NCBI GenBank assembly: GCA_965116905.1
Contig: OZ220732.1
Location: 1,952,001 to 2,016,000 of the forward strand
Reading direction: 5' to 3'
DNA length: 64,000 bases
DNA from: Longimicrobiales bacterium
Lineage (GTDB): Bacteria; Gemmatimonadota; Gemmatimonadetes; Longimicrobiales; Gaopeijiaceae
Under the pieces are notes generated by a model. It searched no databases and was not told the DNA's origin. It saw nothing but the letters and a program-made list of their open reading frames with translations. The stretch's first letter is position 1. The number at the start of each line of letters is the position of its first letter. Below are positions 58,204-64,000 of this stretch, piece by piece. A program made the translations under genes and the position numbers.

Positions 58204-59216
58204 ACAGGCTGCGTGACGGCCTCCTTTCGCGCGGGCGCCGCAACCCGAAGGCCGAGATGCCCTTCCTGGACCACCTGGAAGAACTGCGCTGGCGCCTTCT
58301 GCGGAGCCTGGTGGCGATTGTGGCGGGCTTCGCCATCGGCATGGCGCTGATGACGATGCTGGATGTGTTGGAAATACTGCTCGAGCCGGGTCGGGCCATC
58401 TTCGGGGCGGACTGGGAACCCCAGGTCCTTGCGCCCACGGACACCTTCTTCATCCTCCTCAAGGTGTCCCTCACGATCGGGCTGATCCTGGCGTCGCCCA
58501 CGATCATCTACCAGACCTGGGCCTTCCTGGCCCCCGCGCTGGAAGCGCACGAGAAGAGGGCGATCATTCCGGCGCTCTACATGGGGACGGTGCTGTTCGT
58601 GGGCGGTGTCGTTCTGGCGTACTTCGTCCTGCCGATCTCGTTGCGCTTCCTCACCGGCCTCCTGACGGGGCTCGTGGAACACAACTGGACCTTCAGTCTG
58701 TACATGGGGTTCGTGGTCAAGCTCCTGCTCGCCTTCGGCATCCTCTTCGAGCTTCCCGTGGTGGTGCTGGTGCTGAGCGTACTTGGCCTGGTCACGCCCG
58801 CGTTCCTCCGGTCCAAGCGCCGGCACGCGATCGTCATCATCGCGACCCTGGCGGCGCTCCTGTCGCCGGGCGACGTAATCGTCGTCACGGTCATCATGAT
58901 GGTGCCGATCTACCTGCTCTTCGAACTCAGCATCCTGATGTCGGTGATGATCTGGCGCCGCCGCGAGCAGCGGGAGAGCGCACGCGAGCCGGAAGCGGGT
59001 GGCACCGTGGCCCCCGAGGAGCCCGACCCGCCGCCGGGCGCCGAGCCCACCCCGTACGACCATGGTGACCCTGCCCGCGAGGAAGACAGCCATGAGCCGC
59101 AAGACGGCCATCAGCCGCGGGGTTCGGACGATGCCGATGCCGATGCCGATGCCGATGCCGATGCCGATGCCGACGCCGACGCCGGGGGAGACTCGACTCC
59201 GGACGGCGAGGAGTAG
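58200..59216 (+). CDS. tatC: Twin-arginine translocase subunit TatC
   Basis: MPFLDHLEELRWR, YQTWAFLAPAL..HEK, FELP and LLSPGD. Confidence 0.96.
   Translation: MNRLRDGLLSRGRRNPKAEMPFLDHLEELRWRLLRSLVAIVAGFAIGMALMTMLDVLEILLEPGRAIFGADWEPQVLAPTDTFFILLKVSLTIGLILASPTIIYQTWAFLAPALEAHEKRAIIPALYMGTVLFVGGVVLAYFVLPISLRFLTGLLTGLVEHNWTFSLYMGFVVKLLLAFGILFELPVVVLVLSVLGLVTPAFLRSKRRHAIVIIATLAALLSPGDVIVVTVIMMVPIYLLFELSILMSVMIWRRREQRESAREPEAGGTVAPEEPDPPPGAEPTPYDHGDPAREEDSHEPQDGHQPRGSDDADADADADADADADADAGGDSTPDGEE
59130..59183 (+). repeat. (GATGCC)7(GACGCC)2 hexanucleotide microsatellite in the tatC tail
   Basis: Read directly; encodes (DA)9. Confidence 0.92.
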
Positions 59217-59223
59217 CGGGCGC

Positions 59224-62127
59224 GTGGGACGCCGTGCCCTGACCAGGCTTGCCCTGGCGGGCTGCTTTCTGGCCGGCTCCGCGGCGTACGCCCCGGCATC
59301 GGCGCAGGAGCTCTCGGATTCGCTCCGCCAGGTTGTCCAGGAGCGCCTGGAAGCGCTTACCCGGCGCGTGGGCGACTCGACCGGCCTCGCTCCGCCCGAC
59401 ACGACCCAGGAGAGAAGCACCCTGGCGGAGATGGCGCAGGATTCGACGGTGAGGGAACTGCTGTCGCTGCCGGGCTACGAACTGGTTCAGTACCGCAGCG
59501 AATCCGCCACCTTCGAGACGGAGTCGCGGTTGCTGACCCTGTTGGGCTCGGAGGGCACGAGCGCGGTCATCAACCGGGAGGGACTCGAACTGTCGGCCGA
59601 TTCGGCGCTGGTCTTCAACGAGAACACGGGGCGGCTGGTGACGAGGGGCCAGGAGGCGACCTACCGGCCCGAGGAGGGCGACGAGGTGCAGACCCGCCGC
59701 ATCGTCTTCGATCTCGACGAGAACCGGGCCACCGCCCTCGACGCCAGGACCCAGATGAACGCCGGGATGGGAAACTGGATGGTCCGGGGCGATTTCCCCT
59801 GGGTCAACGAGGACGTGTCCTATGGCCACGACATCATGTTCACCAGCTGCGAGGAGGACGAGCCCCACTACCACTTCGTCGCGCGCCACATCAAGATCCA
59901 CCCGGGAGGAACGCTGGTGGCGCGAAACGTCCTGCTCTACTTCTCGGACGTGGGGGTCTTCTGGCTCCCCTTCATTGCGCAAAGCACGCAACAGGGACGC
60001 CGTTCTGGGCTTCTGCCGGTCCGCTTCTCGGTGAACGACATCGTGCGCACCTCGGGAAGCTATGCCCGCCGCATCTCCAACCTGGGCTTCTACTGGGCGA
60101 TGAGCGACTACTCCGACGCTGAGCTGGGCATGGACTGGTGGAGCGGCAACTACATGGCCATGACGGGTCGCATCCAGTACAGCTGGCTGCGTCAGTTCCT
60201 GGAGGGCAGGGCCAACTTCCGCCGCTTCTGGCGCGTCGAGGGCGGAACCGAGCTGGCGTTCGACACCGACCACAACTGGGAGATATCCGAACGGATGCAA
60301 CTGAGGCTGTCCGCCGCGTACGCTTCCAGCTCGGCCTTCGTGCGTCGGAACTCCTTCGACCCGCGTGAAGTCACCCAATCCATCGATTCCGACGGCGGGC
60401 TGAACCGGCGATTCGACTGGGGCAACCTCTCGGTGAGCGCGAACCGCAGGCAATTCCTGTCCGACGACCGGGTGGAGGCGACGATGCCGACGGCCAACCT
60501 CTCGCTGTCGACGATCACGCTCCTTCCGGCCCCCTTCAACCGTGCGCGCTTCTACAACAACATGACCCTGTCGGCGTCCGGCCGGTTCTCGCGCACCATT
60601 CGCGACCTGCCGGTGCAGGATCTGTCCGAGGGTCCGTTCGAACTGGGGAAGGCGGACAGCGAGGCATTGCGCGGCGGCCTTTCCGCTACGCTGTCGGCCG
60701 GTGCGCTTTCGATCGCCCAGAACTTCGAGGTGAACCGGAATACCCGGCGTGACCTGCCCGTGAACTTCTTCGACTCCACCACGCCGGCCGCGCGCGCCGG
60801 CATCGGTAGCGTGGGCGATCTGCAGCGGTCGATCGTCTTCTCCCAGGCCGCGGAGACGATGAACCTCAACTCCGACGATCGGACCTGGTCGACAAGCATC
60901 AACTACCAGGTGAATCTGATCGGCTCCACCTCGATCACGCCCCAGCTGGCGCTCTCGGGCAACGCCATCCGGTCCGACACCAGCACGGTGGGGGCCGGCG
61001 GGTTCATTTCGGCGCCGAGCCGCCTGTCCTTCGGAGCCCAGCTCAAGACGGATTTCTACGGGTTCTACAACGATGATCGCCTGCGCCACAAGGTGTCCCC
61101 GACCTTCGACTACGCGTACTCGCCGGAAACGCAGCCGACCGACATTCAGCGAGCGACCTTCGGGACACGGGCGATTCAGCCGAGGAACGAAATCCGCATC
61201 GGATTGACACAGACCATCGAGGCCAAGGTGGGGGACGAGGAGTCGGACACCACCGCGGCCGGCGAGCCGGAGCCCGAGTCCACGGACGGGGGTCCCCGCC
61301 GGCTGCCACAGGCGCAAAAGGTGACGGTGCTGGCGCTGCGCACGAGCGCGGTCACCTACGACTTCGAACAGGCCGGACAACTTGGCCACTTCACGCGCGG
61401 TTTTGCCGACAACCTGCGGATTTCCCATCAGATCAGTTCGGACTACCTGAGGGGACTGTCGGTCTCGATGGAGCACGGAGTGTTCGACAATACGGGAGTC
61501 AACCCGGAGGGCGGGGCACTCGGCTTCGACCCGTTCCTGTCGAACGTCAACATGTCGTTCTCGCTCAGCAACGAGTCGGCCCTCTTCCGCTGGATCCGCC
61601 GCCTGTCCGGCGAGGAAGCCGAGGACACGCCTCCGCCTGCGGAAACGGAGGAAGAGGAGACGGACCTGACCGACCCCAGCGGCTTCGAGACCGCGGATCT
61701 CGGTGAGTCCACCGTCGTGCCGACCGGCGGCCGCGACCGCGACCGTGAACGGCAGAGCGCCCCGACCGGCGAAGTGGGCAAGTGGAATGCGTCGTTCTCG
61801 TATTCGCTCGCGCGCAGTCCGGGGATGCAGGTGGGCGGCAATCAGATGATCCAGGCCAATCTCAGCTTTCAGCCGACCGAGAAGTGGTCGGTGAACTGGC
61901 GGACTTCGTACGATGTCGCCGGGGGCATCTTCAACGATCACGTGATCAGCCTGAAGCGCGACCTGCACCGGTGGGAGGCCGATTTCTCCTTCCAGCAGAC
62001 GGCCACGGGGAACTGGAGCTTCGTCTTCGAGGTGGCGCTTTCGGACAACCGCGACCTCCATTTCGACTACGAGCAGCGCGCTGGAGGCACCCAGGGCCCC
62101 GGACGCGGGCCCGGCCGAGGCTTCTAG
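59224..62127 (+). CDS. lptD: LPS assembly protein LptD-like outer-membrane barrel
   Basis: FTSCEEDEPHYHF, RRSGLL, LGFYWAMSDYSD and C-terminal RDLHRWEA. Confidence 0.85.
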   Translation: MGRRALTRLALAGCFLAGSAAYAPASAQELSDSLRQVVQERLEALTRRVGDSTGLAPPDTTQERSTLAEMAQDSTVRELLSLPGYELVQYRSESATFETESRLLTLLGSEGTSAVINREGLELSADSALVFNENTGRLVTRGQEATYRPEEGDEVQTRRIVFDLDENRATALDARTQMNAGMGNWMVRGDFPWVNEDVSYGHDIMFTSCEEDEPHYHFVARHIKIHPGGTLVARNVLLYFSDVGVFWLPFIAQSTQQGRRSGLLPVRFSVNDIVRTSGSYARRISNLGFYWAMSDYSDAELGMDWWSGNYMAMTGRIQYSWLRQFLEGRANFRRFWRVEGGTELAFDTDHNWEISERMQLRLSAAYASSSAFVRRNSFDPREVTQSIDSDGGLNRRFDWGNLSVSANRRQFLSDDRVEATMPTANLSLSTITLLPAPFNRARFYNNMTLSASGRFSRTIRDLPVQDLSEGPFELGKADSEALRGGLSATLSAGALSIAQNFEVNRNTRRDLPVNFFDSTTPAARAGIGSVGDLQRSIVFSQAAETMNLNSDDRTWSTSINYQVNLIGSTSITPQLALSGNAIRSDTSTVGAGGFISAPSRLSFGAQLKTDFYGFYNDDRLRHKVSPTFDYAYSPETQPTDIQRATFGTRAIQPRNEIRIGLTQTIEAKVGDEESDTTAAGEPEPESTDGGPRRLPQAQKVTVLALRTSAVTYDFEQAGQLGHFTRGFADNLRISHQISSDYLRGLSVSMEHGVFDNTGVNPEGGALGFDPFLSNVNMSFSLSNESALFRWIRRLSGEEAEDTPPPAETEEEETDLTDPSGFETADLGESTVVPTGGRDRDRERQSAPTGEVGKWNASFSYSLARSPGMQVGGNQMIQANLSFQPTEKWSVNWRTSYDVAGGIFNDHVISLKRDLHRWEADFSFQQTATGNWSFVFEVALSDNRDLHFDYEQRAGGTQGPGRGPGRGF

Positions 62128-62215
62128 GCTTCCGGCCGGCGGAGGTTGCCGGCGTCCCGGATTTGCTGGGGGACCGGCGCGAGATCCCGGCCGAAGCTCC
62201 TCTGTCCCTCACGCG

Positions 62216-62312
62216 GGTGACGCACCGTCACCAACAGTGGACACCCACCTGTGGGGGCTGGCGCCGTAAGTCGTTGTTGAGAAAAACCATGCGGTTGTGG
62301 TACGTCGGATGC
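62216..62312 (+). promoter_or_regulatory. Candidate sigma54 promoter with IHF site and upstream palindrome
   Basis: -24/-12 element TGGTACG-N4-ATGC (62298-62312), IHF-like TAAGTCGTTGTTG (62267-62279) and inverted repeat GGTGACG-CAC-CGTCACC (62216-62232). Confidence 0.55.
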
Positions 62313-62384
62313 ATGTGTGAGCGGCAGGGCTGCGGCCGCGCGGTGGGGCCGGGCCCGTTCATGGAACGATACGAGGGGGGGAGC

Positions 62385-63518
62385 ATGCGAGCCTTGAAGT
62401 GGGGTATGACCGTGGCGGTGGTCCTGGCCGCCGGATGCGACGATGACTATTGGCTGGTGGCGGATCCGCCGGATGCGCCTCGAGACCTCGAGGGCTACTA
62501 CTACGCCCTCGCCGTCGATCTCTCGTGGCGCCTCGGAGGGGGGTGGGACGGCGAGGCCTTCCGCGTCTACGGCAAGCGGGTGAGCGATCCGGACTACTTC
62601 TTCATTGCCGAAGTGACGAGTTGCACGGATGGTCTCTGCGTCTACCGCGACATCAACGTCCGGTCCGAGGTCACATACGAGTACTATGTGTCCGCGGTCA
62701 GTCCCCACACGGGGGAGGAGACGGCGAGCGACTACTCGGTCGAGGTATACGTTCCCAGGCCGGTTCCTCCGCCGGTGCCGGATCCGGTGGAGGCCGTTGC
62801 GCTCGACAACTCGGCGTACGTGCGCTGGGATGATGGCGCTTCGGCGGATGACGACTTTGCCTTTTACCGCGTCTACGTGGCGGCCGACGACAGCGAATAC
62901 CTGGTGGGCGAGACGGATTCGCCGGGGTTTCTCGACTTCCTGGCCGAGAATGGACGAACGGCGTCCTACTTCGTAACGTCGGTCGACGACCAGGGCCATG
63001 AGAGCGAGGCGAGCGAGATTGCGTCGTGCACACCGAGACCCGACTACACCGGCGAGGTCATGTACTCCTACGAGGACATCGCTGCCAGTGCGGGCTTCCG
63101 CTTTCAGGAAGCCGACGACCTGCAGGCGGTGATGTCAGGGGACAGTCCGCACCGGCATTTCCGGCTCGAATCCGATCGCGAGGGCCTGTGGCTGGTGCCC
63201 GGACCGGAGGGTCGGGTGCACCCCGAGGCTCACTGGACGACGGCTCTCAAGTGCGGGGTCGGGTCCGACCTGGATTGCGTGTCGTGGGAGCGCGCGCCGA
63301 TGTCGGGGTATTCGGCGAGGCGGATCGCCCTGGACGCGGGGTTCACATACATGTTCCGGGTCCGTGGCGACGACGGCGATACCCGGTTCGGGTCCGTGCG
63401 GGCCAGCCACGTTGGCCTGGATCAGGACGGACATCGCCTGATCGTATTCGATTGGGCGTACCAGACCCAGGTCGGCAACCCGAGCCTCTCGACCGCGGGG
63501 GGCACGCAGGGCTGGTAG
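62385..63518 (+). CDS. Lipoprotein with fibronectin type III-like domains
   Basis: Lipobox LAAGC, PPDAPRDL, YEYYVSAV and YFVTSVDDQGHES. Confidence 0.75.
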   Translation: MRALKWGMTVAVVLAAGCDDDYWLVADPPDAPRDLEGYYYALAVDLSWRLGGGWDGEAFRVYGKRVSDPDYFFIAEVTSCTDGLCVYRDINVRSEVTYEYYVSAVSPHTGEETASDYSVEVYVPRPVPPPVPDPVEAVALDNSAYVRWDDGASADDDFAFYRVYVAADDSEYLVGETDSPGFLDFLAENGRTASYFVTSVDDQGHESEASEIASCTPRPDYTGEVMYSYEDIAASAGFRFQEADDLQAVMSGDSPHRHFRLESDREGLWLVPGPEGRVHPEAHWTTALKCGVGSDLDCVSWERAPMSGYSARRIALDAGFTYMFRVRGDDGDTRFGSVRASHVGLDQDGHRLIVFDWAYQTQVGNPSLSTAGGTQGW

Positions 63519-63525
63519 GGACTTG

Positions 63526-64000
63526 ATGGAGGTCGTGGAGGCGGTTCCGAACTTCAGCGAGGGCCGTGATCCGGAGTTCGTCGGCGCGGCTGCCGCCGCC
63601 TTCGCGGACGCGGGATGCGAGGTCCTCCACACCACCATGGACCCGGATCACCACCGCTCGGTGGTCACGGCGATCGGGTCGCCCGCCTCGGTCGAGGAGG
63701 GTGCGGTGGCGGCGGCCGCACTGGCGCTCGAGCGCATCGACCTGCGCCGGCACCGGGGCGTCCACCCCCGCGTCGGGGCGCTGGACGTGCTTCCTTTCGT
63801 GCCCCTGCACGGAATCGGCATGGCGGGTGCGGCGAAGCTGGCCCACCGGGCCGCCGCCCGGATCGCCCGGCTGGGGATTCCCGTCTACCTGTACGGCGCG
63901 GCCTCGAAGCCTGAAGGGCGCGGCCTGGCGTCCATTCGGCGCGGCGGCTTCGAGGCCCTGACCGCGCGACCGCGGCCCGGTCGCACGGCAGCCGACCTGT
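63526..64000 (+). CDS. ftcD: Glutamate formiminotransferase (3' partial; absent from the ORF track)
   Basis: Manual translation: MEVVEAVPNFSEGRD...DPDHHRSV...IDLRRHRGVHPRVGALDVLPFVP. Confidence 0.93.
   Translation, partial: MEVVEAVPNFSEGRDPEFVGAAAAAFADAGCEVLHTTMDPDHHRSVVTAIGSPASVEEGAVAAAALALERIDLRRHRGVHPRVGALDVLPFVPLHGIGMAGAAKLAHRAAARIARLGIPVYLYGAASKPEGRGLASIRRGGFEALTARPRPGRTAADL

Noticed and set aside
59130..59183. tatC microsatellite as a phase-variation switch
   Set aside because: The 6-bp unit preserves frame and lies in the disordered acidic tail.
1..64000. Many long antisense or alternate-frame ORFs (e.g. 1538-3139, 14624-17077, 21172-22977, 58927-62061)
   Set aside because: Shadow ORFs of GC-rich coding DNA; no family motifs, and they overlap well-supported genes.

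Overview
GC-rich bacterial chromosome segment. Gene content and style suggest Gemmatimonadota, possibly a marine or host-associated lineage (inference only). Two housekeeping blocks frame the window: TPR-bamD-nadD-secA-radC-nagB (1-7909) and rel-uvrB-tsaE-tsaB-rimI-epimerase-tolQR-tolA-like-tolB-pal-cpoB-nrdR-tatC-lptD-FN3 lipoprotein-ftcD (45626-64000). The ~37 kb accessory region between them holds two candidate undescribed systems. (1) A LysW amino-group-carrier operon (lysW-lysX-lysY-ORF-lysZ-lysJ; lysW was missed by the ORF track) with no lysK. It instead carries an Ntn/class II glutamine-amidotransferase-fold hydrolase whose alpha-amino-binding Asp motif is altered, making it a candidate non-orthologous LysW-gamma-lysine/ornithine release enzyme. 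(2) A dispersed set of sterol/lipid-tailoring genes: a GPP34(GOLPH3)-P450 fusion with a non-canonical I-helix, an orphan RND transporter, an ERG6/SMT-like methyltransferase, a Neverland/KshA-like Rieske oxygenase and a COG2907 flavoprotein. The region also has three (alpha/alpha)6 glycoside hydrolases with a sugar ABC transporter and three PIN toxin-antitoxin loci (one with a HicB-Phd chimeric antitoxin, one with a degenerate PIN). Also present are a decapitated DUF4143 ATPase and a Fur-oxidoreductase cassette flanked by perfect 55-bp direct repeats. No tRNA, rRNA, CRISPR array, integrase or transposase was recognised. All family calls are from motif reading, not database searches.
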